Shown: in pieces, positions 1 through 9,187 of the stretch
Numbering within the stretch: the stretch's first letter is position 1
Layout of the letters: each line of letters starts with the position of its first letter
Source of the DNA: Gaiellaceae bacterium
GTDB lineage: Bacteria > Actinomycetota > Thermoleophilia > Gaiellales > Gaiellaceae
Assembly: GCA_035640335.1 (NCBI GenBank)
Contig: DASQWH010000042.1
Span: 1 to 47,957 of the forward strand
Direction of reading: 5' to 3'
Length of the DNA stretch: 47,957 nucleotides
Notes under the pieces: generated by a model
What the model was told of the DNA's origin: nothing
Seen by the model: only the letters and a program-made list of their open reading frames with translations
The model's database searches: none
Translations under genes and position numbers: made by a program

Positions 1-270
1 CGGGCCGTCTCGAGGGCGACCCCGGCACCCGAGCCGACGCTCGGCGCGGACGATCGGGCCATCTCGCGGGCGACCCCGGCACCTGAGCCCACGCTCGGCG
101 TGGACGACCGGGCCGTCTCGCGAGCGACCCCGGCGCCGGAGGCGACGCTCGGCGCGGACGACCGGGCCGTCTCGAGGGCGACCCCGGCACCCGAGCCGAC
201 CCTCGGCGTCGACGACCGGGCCGTCGTGCGGGCGACGCCGACACCGGAGCCCATCGCCACGGTCGACGAC
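1..270 (+). repeat. 54-nt (18-codon) in-frame tandem repeat, 5 copies visible, array continues off the left edge
   Basis: Units start with cgggcc at 1, 55, 109, 163 and 217. Each ends ...gacga(c/t). Copies differ by a few substitutions. Confidence 0.9.
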
Positions 271-459
271 CGGAATCTGCCGAGAGGGACGAGCGACTTC
301 GTCACGTCCGAGCCCGGCGTCGCCGGTGACACCGGCGACTCATGGGCACCGGGCCCGGCAGGCACGGCGGCCATCGGAGGAGCGATCGCGCTGGCAATCA
401 CGGGCGCAGCGTTCCTGGCGACCACCCGCCGGCGCCGCCCGGACGTTCGCCCGGCGTAA
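1..459 (+). CDS. Repeat-rich exported protein (5' end off-window) with C-terminal hydrophobic anchor and RRRR tail
   Basis: Frame 1 is open from nt 1. At least 5 tandem 18-aa units (DDRAVSRATPAPEPTLGA) are followed by GTAAIGGAIALAITGAAFLATT + RRRRPDVRPA and TAA at 457-459. No LPXTG motif seen. Confidence 0.6.
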   Translation, partial: RAVSRATPAPEPTLGADDRAISRATPAPEPTLGVDDRAVSRATPAPEATLGADDRAVSRATPAPEPTLGVDDRAVVRATPTPEPIATVDDRNLPRGTSDFVTSEPGVAGDTGDSWAPGPAGTAAIGGAIALAITGAAFLATTRRRRPDVRPA

Positions 460-469
460 CACGACATGT

Positions 470-500
470 GGAGCGCCACTCGCTCGCCGAGTGGCGCTCC
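470..500 (+). terminator. Stem-loop terminator candidate (13-bp perfect stem, 5-nt loop) 11 nt after the stop
   Basis: ggagcgccactcg (470-482) / ctcgc / cgagtggcgctcc (488-500). No T-tract follows, which is not unusual in high-GC genomes. Confidence 0.55.
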
Positions 501-673
501 CGGCTGCCCGCGGGTGACGGCGAGCCTGTCTTGACACCTCCGGTCGCGGAGCAGGATTGTTCTTGCGAATGGCCGGCGGCCAAGGCAGCGGTCGGCGAGG
601 AAGCCTTCGCCGCGGCCTGGGCGCGTGGCGATGCGACGACGCCGGAGGAGATCGCCGCGATTACGATGCCTTC

Positions 674-1063
674 GTGACGCGCTTCCTGCACACGATGGTC
701 CGGATCACCGACCCGGAGCGCAGCCGCGCGTTCTACGAGGCTCTCGGCTTCGCCTTCGCGGGCGACTTCGACATCGTCCGCGACGGGCAGCTTGAGGCGA
801 CGAACTACTTCTTCTCGCTGGGCAACCAGGAGTCGGTGCTCGAGCTGACGTACAACCACGACGGGCGTACGTACGACCTCGGCACCGGCTACGGCCACAT
901 TGCCGTCGGCGTCGACGACCTGGACGGGACGCTCGAGCGGCTCGCCGGCCAGGGGATCGAGCCGGAGCGCGAGCCGTACAGCGTCCGCGAGGGCGGCTCG
1001 CGGCTCTGCTTCGTCCGCGACCCGGACGGCTACCGCATCGAGCTGATCGAGCGCTCGGCGTAG
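674..1063 (+). CDS. gloA: Lactoylglutathione lyase (glyoxalase I, VOC family)
   Basis: FLHTMVRITDPERSRAFYEALGF...LELTYNHDG..YDLGTGYGHIAVGVDD...FVRDPDGYRIELIE is collinear with E. coli GloA motifs. GTG at 674 chosen because the upstream part of the ORF is Arg/Gly-rich junk. Confidence 0.85.
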   Translation: MTRFLHTMVRITDPERSRAFYEALGFAFAGDFDIVRDGQLEATNYFFSLGNQESVLELTYNHDGRTYDLGTGYGHIAVGVDDLDGTLERLAGQGIEPEREPYSVREGGSRLCFVRDPDGYRIELIERSA

Positions 1064-1188
1064 TCGCTGCCAATCGAGGGGGCGGGCTACATCACAGCGG
1101 GGCGGATGCCTCGTCAGAGCGGGCTTGCCGGGGACCTGTGACGGTGGTAGACCTGCCCCGTCCAGAGCTACGACAAGAGGGGGGACTT

Positions 1189-2706
1189 ATGAAGAGGATT
1201 GCCCTCGCACTGGGCCTGGTCTGTGCTGCGGTAGTCGCAGGCCCAGCCGGAGCGGATGTGTTTCCTTCGCCGGCATCACTACCGGTGGTTTCGGGGCCGA
1301 GCCCGTTTGCACCGGGCTGCGAAGGCGTCGCCCAGTCGGGGACGCTCTATCAGAATGCCGAGGTCGAGCCACGGGTCGCCGTCGACCCGAACGACTCGGC
1401 GCACATCGTGGGCGCTTACCAGCAGGACCGGTGGTCGAACGGCGGCGCGCACGGTCTCGTCGCCGCGACATCGATCAATGGCGGCACGAGCTGGACGCAC
1501 TCGTTCGCCCACTTCAGCATCTGCGCGGGTGGGACGGTCGCGAACGGCGGCGACTTCCAGCGCGCCTCGGATCCGTGGGTGACGTTCTCGCCGAACGGCG
1601 TCGTCCATCAGATCGCGCTGTCGTTCAACGACACGAACGCGGACAACGCGATCCTGGCGAGCAGGTCGACGAACGGCGGCACGAGTTGGAGCGAGCCGGC
1701 CACGCTGCAGCGCGAGAACACGGGCTCGACGTCTCTGTTCGTCGACAAGGAGTCGATCACCGCAGACCCGTTCGACTCGAACTTCGTCTACGCCGTCTGG
1801 GATCGGAGCACGTTCCCGAGCGACAGCGTCAGCTTCACCGCGCTCCTGAACACGTTCGCGCTGCGCTCCCAGACGGTCTTCACGCGATCGACGAACGGCG
1901 GCGTCTCGTGGGAGCCGGCTCGAGCGATCTTCGACGAGCGGCGGGCGATCTCGTTCACGATCGGAAACCAGATCGCAGTCGTTCCGAGCGGCGCCGCTTT
2001 GCCGACCCTGGTGAACGTGATGTGGCTGTTCCACGGCTCAGGCGTGCAACGAACCTGCTGTGAAGTCGCCGTCCTGCGCTCGACCGATCGTGGGCTCACC
2101 TGGTCGGCGCCCATCAGGATCAGCAAGGTCGATACCGTCGGTGTCGTCGATCCCGATACGGGTCAGAGCGTGCGATCGGGCGACATCATCCCCGACGTCG
2201 CGGCCGGGCTCACCGCCGGACGTGTCTACGCCGTCTGGCAGGACGGCCGCTTCAGCGGCCCGCCCAGGGGCCGGGAACACGCGGGCATCGCGTTCTCGCA
2301 GTCGCTGAACGGTGGCCTGACGTGGTCGCCGCCGATCCAGATCAACCAGGTGCCTGCGACCCAGGCCTTCACGCCGTCGGTCGCTGTTGGCGCCGACGGC
2401 ACGGTCGGAGTCACGTACTACGACTTCCGCCACAACACGCCGGCGCCGGGTCTGCCAACCGATTACTGGTTCGTGCACTGTCACGCGGCGACCGAGGACT
2501 GCACCCACCCGGACAACTGGGCATCGGAAACGCACGTCGCCGGCCCGTTCGACATGGAGACGGCACCGAACGCCAACGGCTTGTTCGTCGGCGACTACGA
2601 GGGCCTCGCCCGCGCGGGGAACTCGTTCGTCGCCCAGTTCGCCATGGCAAACGACGGGAACACGACAAACCGGACCGATATCTTCCACGCAACGCTGAGT
2701 CGGTAG
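1189..2706 (+). CDS. Secreted BNR/Asp-box repeat protein (sialidase-like beta-propeller)
   Basis: ATG at 1189 preceded by aagagggggg. Signal peptide MKRIALALGLVCAAVVAGPAGA. Five S-x-[DN]-x-G-x-[TS]-W boxes (SINGGTSW, STNGGTSW, STNGGVSW, STDRGLTW, SLNGGLTW). Confidence 0.8.
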   Translation: MKRIALALGLVCAAVVAGPAGADVFPSPASLPVVSGPSPFAPGCEGVAQSGTLYQNAEVEPRVAVDPNDSAHIVGAYQQDRWSNGGAHGLVAATSINGGTSWTHSFAHFSICAGGTVANGGDFQRASDPWVTFSPNGVVHQIALSFNDTNADNAILASRSTNGGTSWSEPATLQRENTGSTSLFVDKESITADPFDSNFVYAVWDRSTFPSDSVSFTALLNTFALRSQTVFTRSTNGGVSWEPARAIFDERRAISFTIGNQIAVVPSGAALPTLVNVMWLFHGSGVQRTCCEVAVLRSTDRGLTWSAPIRISKVDTVGVVDPDTGQSVRSGDIIPDVAAGLTAGRVYAVWQDGRFSGPPRGREHAGIAFSQSLNGGLTWSPPIQINQVPATQAFTPSVAVGADGTVGVTYYDFRHNTPAPGLPTDYWFVHCHAATEDCTHPDNWASETHVAGPFDMETAPNANGLFVGDYEGLARAGNSFVAQFAMANDGNTTNRTDIFHATLSR

Positions 2707-2710
2707 CTTC

Positions 2711-2746
2711 AGCCCCAGGGGGCCGCGCTCCGCGGCCCCTGGGGCT
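2711..2746 (+). terminator. GC-rich hairpin terminator candidate after the BNR gene
   Basis: agccccagggggccgcg / ctc / cgcggcccctggggct, 16-17 bp stem with one bulged G, starting 5 nt after the TAG at 2704-2706. Confidence 0.6.
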
Positions 2747-2752
2747 CCATCG

Positions 2753-3415
2753 ATGGCGACGACTCGACCACCGCTCTACGGGCCGCAGCAGTCGGCGTTC
2801 GCCCGGTACCTGGAGCGCCGGGAGGCACGGCGCCCCGATCCCGTGCACCGCGAGCTGCGGCGACGCCTCCTCGCCGGTCTGCGCGGGCGCGTGATCGAAG
2901 TCGGGTCCGGAGACGGCCGCTCGTTCGAGCACTATCCGGCGCGGGTCAGCCACGTTGTCGCGATCGAGCCGGACGCGACGGCCAGGGGTAGCGCGGCGAT
3001 GCGTGCGCTGGAGGCAGCGGTTCCGATCGAGGTCGTCGACGGCGTCGGCGATTCGCTGCCTGCGGGCGACGGCGCGTTCGATGCGGCCGTTCTGATGGGC
3101 GTGTTGTGCACGGTGCCGGAACCGAGTGCGGCGCTCGCCGAGCTACGACGAGTGCTCGTGCCCGGGGGCGAGCTGCGGTTCTGGGAGCACGTTCGCTCCG
3201 CCAGCGTCCTCTTTCGAGGCGTCCAGCGCCTCGTCGACGCCGCGTTCTGGACGCGCGCCCTCGGCGGCTGCGAGACCACACGCGACGCGGAGACTGCGAT
3301 CCGCAACGCCGGCTTCGAGATCGTCGCTCTCGACCGCGGCTTTCATTCCTCGTCGCTGCTGACGATCACGTCAGCGCCGTACGTCCTCGGCGTCGCGCGG
3401 CGCGGCGGAGACTAG
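2753..3415 (+). CDS. Class I SAM-dependent methyltransferase
   Basis: Motif I VIEVGSGDGRS and a Methyltransf_11-like core (FDAAVLMGVLCTVPEP...LRRVLVPGGELRFWEH). Confidence 0.8.
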   Translation: MATTRPPLYGPQQSAFARYLERREARRPDPVHRELRRRLLAGLRGRVIEVGSGDGRSFEHYPARVSHVVAIEPDATARGSAAMRALEAAVPIEVVDGVGDSLPAGDGAFDAAVLMGVLCTVPEPSAALAELRRVLVPGGELRFWEHVRSASVLFRGVQRLVDAAFWTRALGGCETTRDAETAIRNAGFEIVALDRGFHSSSLLTITSAPYVLGVARRGGD

Positions 3416-5346
3416 CGCCAGTCGACCGAGACGACCTCGACGGGCTGCTCGAAGCCCTTGAGGGTCTCGCTTCGCGGCTCCGAGAGGCGGAACGCCGTGC
3501 CGATCCCGTCGACGCTCTCCTTGCTGAGCAGGATCTCGCCCGCTCCGGCGGCTGCGCCGATGCGCGCTGCTGTATGCACGCCCTGCCCGCCGTAGTCCGC
3601 GAACTCGCCCTCCGTCTTGAAGGCGCCGCCGGTGTGACCGCCGATGCGGACGTCCGGCGCGACGATCTCCGCATCGAGGGCGCGCTGGATCGCGATCGCC
3701 GCCTCGATCGCCGCCTTCGCACTTCCGAACGCGGCGAAGTAGCCGTCGCCGGTGTGCTTGATGATCTCGCCGCCGCTCTCGACGATCCGGTCTCGGAGGA
3801 GCTCGTCGTGCCGCGCGAGGAGCTTGCGCCACTTCTCGTTGCCGAGCGTCTCAAGCAGCCGGGTCGAGTCGACGATGTCCGTGAAGATGAACGTGCGCTG
3901 GGCCTGCAGGCGCCCCAGCAGCTCCTTCGCCCGCTCCTGGTCGAGCCGGGCGCCCAGCCGCTCGAAGACGGCTTCGGCGGCCTCGAGCTCATCGGTCGCG
4001 GCATGCTCATCGCCCTCGCGGCGCAGCGCGATGCCGAGCAGCATGCGGGCCTGCGCGGTCTCGTATGGCGCGCCGACTCCGTGCCATCCGTCGCGCGCCC
4101 TGCGGAGGCAACGGGTTGCGCCCTCGGAGTCGCCTTCCGCGAGCTTGATCTGGCCGTGGGCGAGATGCACGGTCGCGTCGAAGGCCGCGGCCCGGTGCCC
4201 ACCGATCTTGTACGAGTCGACGATCTGCTCGAGCTCGGCCGCGGCGGCACGCGCGGTCTTCAGGTCGGCTGCGGCGACGGCGATCTCGATCTGGGCAGGC
4301 AGCCGGCGCAGCCTGGAGAGCGGATCCTCGAGCTCGTCGAGCGCGCGCGTGATGCCCGCGACCGCGGCGTCGATCTTGCCTTCGGCGAGGCGCAGGAGTG
4401 CGAGCCCGGGCTGAGGCGGGCGGCCGAACTCGTTCGAGATCCGGAATGCCTCCTCGGCGGCGGCGAAGTCACCACGGCGGCGGCGGATCTCGCCGACTTC
4501 GTAGTAGCCGCCCGCCGTGATGAAGCGGTCGAAGTCGTGGAGCTCCTCGCAGGCCTCGATTGCCTGCTTCTCGGCGCCCAGCCAGTCGCCGCTCAGCCGC
4601 ATGATCTCGGCCCGGTGGATGCGGCAGGCTCCAGGAAAGCCGCTCACGTCGAGGCGGTCGCACCAGCGGTTCGCGACCTCGGTCCACTCGGCCGCGCGCC
4701 GGTAGTCGCCCAGGTCCTGGCACGAGCTGATCGTGATGCAGTAGACGAGGCCGGTGTAGAACGGCTTCAACTCACCGCAGACCGCTGCGGCGCTCCCCTC
4801 GTCGAGCAGCGCCAGGCCGGCCTCGATCTCTCCCATCTTGATCAGCGCGCGGCCCTTGCCGGTCAGCGACAGCACCTGGATGTTCCGGTCACCGAAGCGC
4901 TTGGCGATGTCAGCCGCCTCGTCGAACCCTTCGACCGCGGCTGCGATGTCGCCCTCGGCCCAGAGCGCGTTGACTGCCCGCGTCAACGCCAGATGGCCGT
5001 GCACAACCGATTCGGGCTCACCCTCGAGCAGCCGCTCGGCATTCGCAAACCAGCCGTGTGACACCGCGAAGGCGCCGCGCGCGGACTGATCCCACGAGAG
5101 CGTCAGTGCCAGCCGCGCAGCGTCCAGCGTCTCGCCTGCCGCCGAGAAGCCCGCGTAGGCGCGCTCCCGCAGGCCGATCGCCTGGTCGAGCCGCCCCGTC
5201 AGCCAGGCTGCGTCCGCGAAGCGTTCGAGGTCGCTCGGCGAGAGCTCGCGTGCGTCCGCGGCGGAGTACGCGTCGTACGCCTCGCGCCAGGCGTGGTTGC
5301 CCGCGGCGGTGCGGGCGGCCTCAAGGGAGTCGATCACGTGTGACAC
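3412..5346 (-). CDS. TPR-like repeat protein with C-terminal class III adenylate/guanylate cyclase domain
   Basis: C-terminal RTFIFTDIVDSTRLLETLG...IKHTGDGYFAAFGS...RIGGHTGGA...GQGVHTAARIGAAAGAGEILLS is a CYCc catalytic core. About 450 aa of helical TPR-like repeats lie N-terminal to it. A GTG start at 5346 or 5337 is possible. Confidence 0.85.
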   Translation of the reverse strand: MSHVIDSLEAARTAAGNHAWREAYDAYSAADARELSPSDLERFADAAWLTGRLDQAIGLRERAYAGFSAAGETLDAARLALTLSWDQSARGAFAVSHGWFANAERLLEGEPESVVHGHLALTRAVNALWAEGDIAAAVEGFDEAADIAKRFGDRNIQVLSLTGKGRALIKMGEIEAGLALLDEGSAAAVCGELKPFYTGLVYCITISSCQDLGDYRRAAEWTEVANRWCDRLDVSGFPGACRIHRAEIMRLSGDWLGAEKQAIEACEELHDFDRFITAGGYYEVGEIRRRRGDFAAAEEAFRISNEFGRPPQPGLALLRLAEGKIDAAVAGITRALDELEDPLSRLRRLPAQIEIAVAAADLKTARAAAAELEQIVDSYKIGGHRAAAFDATVHLAHGQIKLAEGDSEGATRCLRRARDGWHGVGAPYETAQARMLLGIALRREGDEHAATDELEAAEAVFERLGARLDQERAKELLGRLQAQRTFIFTDIVDSTRLLETLGNEKWRKLLARHDELLRDRIVESGGEIIKHTGDGYFAAFGSAKAAIEAAIAIQRALDAEIVAPDVRIGGHTGGAFKTEGEFADYGGQGVHTAARIGAAAGAGEILLSKESVDGIGTAFRLSEPRSETLKGFEQPVEVVSVDWR

Positions 5347-5398
5347 AGCTTGCCTTCATTGTGCCATCGACTCTGCTGCGGGCCAGGCCCGCCCGCGA

Positions 5399-6442
5399 TC
5401 AGCCTCGGACGAGAAACGCGGCGCGGCCCTGCGCGCCCGAGGCCCAGCAGGCCCAGCCGCCGGCGCAGTCGACCGTGTCGAAGCTGCCGTTGTCGATGCG
5501 GGCCCAGGACCGACCTGCGTCCTGCGTGACGTCGCTGCCGGTCTCACCGACCGTGATCGCGACGCGTCCGTTGACCCAGTGCACGCCCGACCGGTACTCG
5601 TCCGGCGCGCCCGCGGCGAGCTGCCACGTCACGCCGCCGTCGTGGGTCAGCGCGAGAGCATCAGGTGAAGCCGCGGGGGTCAGGAGGTCGCCGCCGCTCG
5701 CGATGCCGTGGCGCGGATCGCGGAACGCCAACGCGAAGACGCCGGCGGCCTCCCCGCCGTGCATCGGGGTCGTCGTCACCGCCCAGCTCTCCCCTCGGTC
5801 GCGCGAGCGGAACACACGCGCTTCGTCCTGGGCGCCGGTCCCGAAGAACGCGTCTCGCCCGCCTACGGTGACGAGGCACTGGCCGCTCGCCGCGAAGGCG
5901 GCCTCGCCGGCCAGCGCGGGCGGCATGTCGGCGTCGACGACGCGCCAGCTGCGCCCGCCGTCGCTCGTCGAGATGATCCGGAAGAAGCCGTCCACCGGGT
6001 CGGAGACGGCGAGCCCGCGGTGCTTGTCCCAGAAGGACATGCAGTCGTAGAACGCGTTGGGATCCTTGTTCAAGAATGTGAGCGTCCAGGTCTGGCCGCC
6101 GTCCGAGGTCACGTAGACGCGCGACGTGTCGCCCGGGCCGATGGCGAGAATGACGGCGTTCTGGGCGTCGAAGGCCTCGACGTCGCGGAAGAGCAGCGTG
6201 GCAGTGTTCGGCGGCGTCACGTTCTGCCACGTCGCGCCTCGGTCCACCGTGCGGAGAACCGTTCCCGTGCCGCTCGCCCACGCGACCGAGGAGCTGACCG
6301 CGGACAGACCGCGCAACCTCGCGGTCGAGCCCGTCGGCGTCACGTGCCAGCTGAGCTCGCGGTGGCCGGGGGACGGCGCGAAGGCCGCGGAGGTGCCCGC
6401 CAGCACGAGCGCGGTGGCGGCCAGCAGGACTCGCTTCGGCAC
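5399..6442 (-). CDS. Secreted BNR-like/Ycf48-like beta-propeller protein
   Basis: Signal peptide MPKRVLLAATALVLAGTSAAFA. Repeated D-x-G-x-[TS]-W boxes (VDRGATW, SDGGQTW, SDGGRSW, RDRGESW, HDGGVTW, QDAGRSW). Confidence 0.75.
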   Translation of the reverse strand: MPKRVLLAATALVLAGTSAAFAPSPGHRELSWHVTPTGSTARLRGLSAVSSSVAWASGTGTVLRTVDRGATWQNVTPPNTATLLFRDVEAFDAQNAVILAIGPGDTSRVYVTSDGGQTWTLTFLNKDPNAFYDCMSFWDKHRGLAVSDPVDGFFRIISTSDGGRSWRVVDADMPPALAGEAAFAASGQCLVTVGGRDAFFGTGAQDEARVFRSRDRGESWAVTTTPMHGGEAAGVFALAFRDPRHGIASGGDLLTPAASPDALALTHDGGVTWQLAAGAPDEYRSGVHWVNGRVAITVGETGSDVTQDAGRSWARIDNGSFDTVDCAGGWACWASGAQGRAAFLVRG

Positions 6443-6478
6443 GGCCGGGAAGTTAACAGCCCTCGCCGCGTTTTGCCG

Positions 6479-6745
6479 CTAACGGCGCTCGGCGAGCCGG
6501 CCGGCGATCTCGGCCGCGTCGAGCCCTTCGATCTCGACGACCTTTCGGCGGGAGGTCCGCCCGGCGACGACTGCGACCTGGCTGCGGCGGACGTCCAGCC
6601 TTGCGGCGAGCAGCGCCTCGAGCGCGTCGTTCGCCTTCCCGCCTTCGGGCGGCGCGGAGACGCGCGCCTTCCACCCGTCGCCGTGGCGCCCGACCAGCTC
6701 GCTGCGGACGGCGCCGGGGGAGACGGTGACCGTGATCCGGGCCAC
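6479..6745 (-). CDS. DUF167 (YggU) family protein
   Basis: [16 protein letters not shown]...[26 protein letters not shown]...[18 protein letters not shown] matches the YggU/DUF167 pattern. Confidence 0.75.
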   Translation of the reverse strand: MARITVTVSPGAVRSELVGRHGDGWKARVSAPPEGGKANDALEALLAARLDVRRSQVAVVAGRTSRRKVVEIEGLDAAEIAGRLAERR

Positions 6746-6781
6746 GCTGCGACCCTAGCCCGCTCTGCGATAGTCAGAGCC

Positions 6782-7381
6782 GTGCTGCTCTACAACAGCC
6801 CCGTGTCCGGCAATTGCTACAAGGTTCGTCTGCTGCTGGCGCACCTCGGACTTCCGTACGAGCGGCACACAATGGACGTCGTCGACCGCTCGAACCGCGA
6901 GGAGGAGCTCGGCGGGCTGAACCCGGCGCTGCGCGTGCCGACGCTCGTTCTGGACGACGGCCGTGCCCTCGCCGAGTCGGGAGCGATCCTCTGGTACTTC
7001 GGCGAGGGTACGGACTTCCTTCCGGCCGATCGGTACGAGCGCGCCCAGGTGCTGCAGTGGATGTTCTTCGAGCAGTACGACCACGAGCCGGCGATCGCCG
7101 TCGTTCGGTTCTGGGTGGCGTACTCAGGTCGCCCGCAGGCGTTCACCGACCGCCTCGAGGAGCGCATGGCGGCTGGCTACCGCGCGCTCGGGGCGATGGA
7201 GCGGCATCTGGACGGGCGCACGTTTCTCGTCGGAGAGGCGCCGTCGATTGCGGACCTCGCTCTCTACGCGTACACGCACGTGGCGCACGAGGGCGGGTTC
7301 GAGCTCGGGGAGTACGCGGCCGTGCGCGCGTGGCTGGAGCGGGTCGCGGCGCTTCCCGGGCACGTGCCGATCGACGCCTGA
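6782..7381 (+). CDS. Glutathione S-transferase family protein
   Basis: GTG at 6782. N-terminal thioredoxin-like GST fold ([19 protein letters not shown]...[21 protein letters not shown]) and a C-terminal helical domain. The 5' 1 kb of the long ORF is antisense junk. Confidence 0.8.
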   Translation: MLLYNSPVSGNCYKVRLLLAHLGLPYERHTMDVVDRSNREEELGGLNPALRVPTLVLDDGRALAESGAILWYFGEGTDFLPADRYERAQVLQWMFFEQYDHEPAIAVVRFWVAYSGRPQAFTDRLEERMAAGYRALGAMERHLDGRTFLVGEAPSIADLALYAYTHVAHEGGFELGEYAAVRAWLERVAALPGHVPIDA

Positions 7382-7383
7382 GG

Positions 7384-7878
7384 GTGGCGTTCGAGATCGT
7401 CGACGGGAGTGCCCCGGGGCGGGTCGCCGAGGCGCGTTTGCTCTTCCGCGAGTACGCGGCCTCGCTCGGCTTCGATCTCGAGTTCCAGGGCTTCGACGAC
7501 GAGCTGCGCGGTCTGCCCGGTGACTACGCGCCGCCTGCGGGCCGGCTCTTGCTCGGGCTCGTGCGGGGTGAGGTTGCGGGGTGTGTCGCGTTGCGCGAGC
7601 TCGAGCCCGGGGTCTGCGAGATGAAGCGTCTCTACGTACGGCCCGCTCATCGCGGTTCGGGTCTCGGCCGCGCGCTGGCGGAGGCAATCGTCGCCGAGGG
7701 GCGTGCGGCGGGATACGCGTGGATGCGCCTGGACACAGTGCCGCAGATGCGCGCGGCACGAAAGCTCTACGCGACGCTCGGCTTCCGGGAGATCGAGCCG
7801 TATCGCTTCAACCCGATCGCGGGAACGAGCTTCATGGAGCTCGACCTACGCCGTCATAGTTCCGGCACGAACGTGTGA
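7384..7878 (+). CDS. GNAT family N-acetyltransferase
   Basis: GTG at 7384, 2 nt after the GST stop. Motif [21 protein letters not shown]...ATLGFREI. Confidence 0.8.
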   Translation: MAFEIVDGSAPGRVAEARLLFREYAASLGFDLEFQGFDDELRGLPGDYAPPAGRLLLGLVRGEVAGCVALRELEPGVCEMKRLYVRPAHRGSGLGRALAEAIVAEGRAAGYAWMRLDTVPQMRAARKLYATLGFREIEPYRFNPIAGTSFMELDLRRHSSGTNV

Positions 7879-7914
7879 CCCACGTGTGACGTTTCCCTCG
7901 GTAGCGTCGCCTTC

Positions 7915-8190
7915 ATGGCAAAGGCGGCTACACCCTGGGGCCCGGCGACGCTCGTCGAGGAGCTCGCGCTTCAGCAGCGCGCCGGCGAGAAGCGCTTTGC
8001 GTCGCTCGTCCAGCTGCTCGAGGACGACAAGGGCCAGCGGCTCGTCCGCTTCGCGTACTCGACGGGCGGGACGGCGCGCCGAGGCCCGGTCACGCTTCGC
8101 GCGCGTGACCTCGACCGGTTGCGGGAGGCGGTCGCGACCTGTCCCGGGCTCGAAGAGACGTTACGGCTCCAGCGGCCGGCACGGAGGTGA
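7915..8190 (+). CDS. Hypothetical protein (91 aa)
   Basis: ATG ORF with strong third-position GC bias. No recognisable motif. Confidence 0.45.
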   Translation: MAKAATPWGPATLVEELALQQRAGEKRFASLVQLLEDDKGQRLVRFAYSTGGTARRGPVTLRARDLDRLREAVATCPGLEETLRLQRPARR

Positions 8191-8240
8191 GCGCCTAGAC
8201 GGTCGCGGCGACCTTCAGCGACATACCGTGACGCGTGCGC

Positions 8241-8945
8241 CTAGGCGGTCGCGAGTGCGCGGTCGCGGACGGCGTCGAGCAGCGAGCCCAGGACCAGGGC
8301 CCCGTCCGTCGAGCCGAGGAGGGAGTCGACGGCGTGCTCGGGATGCGGCATGAGCCCGAAGACGTTGCCCTCCGCGTTGGCGACGCCCGCAATCCCGTCG
8401 ATCGAGCCGTTCGGGTTGTCGTCTTCGCGGTAGCGCAGCACGACCTGGCCGCTCGCCTCGAGCTCGGCGAGCAGCTCCTCGTCCGCGAAGTAGCAGCCCT
8501 CGCCGTGCTTCACGGGGATGGTCAGCTCCTGGCTGGTCTCGCAGCGGGACGTGAAGGGCGTATCCGTGCGCTCGACGCGGACGGCCACGTCGCGGCACAC
8601 GAACGCCAGCGACATGTTCGGCCGCAGTGCGCCGGGCAGCAGGCCTGCCTCGCAGAGCACTTGGAAGCCGTTGCAGATGCCGAGCACGAGCCCGCCGTTC
8701 GCGGCGAAGTCGGCGACGGCACGCATCGCGGGCGAGAAGCGCGCGATCGCACCGCAACGGAGGTAGTCGCCGTACGAGAAGCCGCCCGGAAGGACGACCG
8801 CTCCGAGGTCGGGAAGCTCGTCGTCGCCGTGCCACACGAGGATCGCCTCGGCGCCGAGCCCCTCGAGCGCGAGGGCGGCGTCGCGGTCGTCGTTCGAGCC
8901 TGGAAAGACGACGACGCCGACTCGCGGGCGTGGCTCCGTGCTCAC
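8241..8945 (-). CDS. purQ: Phosphoribosylformylglycinamidine synthase subunit PurQ (glutaminase)
   Basis: [14 protein letters not shown]...[12 protein letters not shown]...GICNGFQVL...MPHPE triad motifs. GTG at 8945 overlaps the purS stop (GTGA). Confidence 0.9.
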   Translation of the reverse strand: MSTEPRPRVGVVVFPGSNDDRDAALALEGLGAEAILVWHGDDELPDLGAVVLPGGFSYGDYLRCGAIARFSPAMRAVADFAANGGLVLGICNGFQVLCEAGLLPGALRPNMSLAFVCRDVAVRVERTDTPFTSRCETSQELTIPVKHGEGCYFADEELLAELEASGQVVLRYREDDNPNGSIDGIAGVANAEGNVFGLMPHPEHAVDSLLGSTDGALVLGSLLDAVRDRALATA

Positions 8946-9187
8946 GAGCCCTCCGGGAGCTCGATCTCGTAGCTCTCGATCAGGGGGTTGGCGAGCAATT
9001 CCGCGCACATGCGCTCGACCTGCTCGCGCGCGCTCGCCGCGTCGCTCGCGTCGACCTCGAGGTCGACGAGCCGGCCGACGCGTGCGTCGTCGACTGCGAA
9101 GCCGAGGTGGCGGAGCGAGGCCTCGACCGCCTCGCCCTGCGGGTCGAGGATTCCGGGCTTCGGCCTGACGAGGACGGAGACCCTCAC
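8942..9187 (-). CDS. purS: Phosphoribosylformylglycinamidine synthase subunit PurS
   Basis: VRVSVLVRPKPGILDPQGEAVEASLRHLGF... is a typical PurS of about 81 aa. GTG at 9187 overlaps the purC stop (GTGA). Confidence 0.85.
   Translation of the reverse strand: MRVSVLVRPKPGILDPQGEAVEASLRHLGFAVDDARVGRLVDLEVDASDAASAREQVERMCAELLANPLIESYEIELPEGS

Noticed and set aside
3106-5061. 651-aa + strand ORF covering the cyclase locus
   Set aside because: It is antisense to a gene with clear CYCc motifs. Its translation is Arg/Ala/Leu/Asp-rich with no motif. This is a typical high-GC shadow ORF.
5708-6781. First ~358 aa of the 557-aa + strand ORF that ends as the GST
   Set aside because: This part is antisense to the beta-propeller and DUF167 genes and looks like Arg/Gly junk. 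GST homology begins only at GTG 6782.
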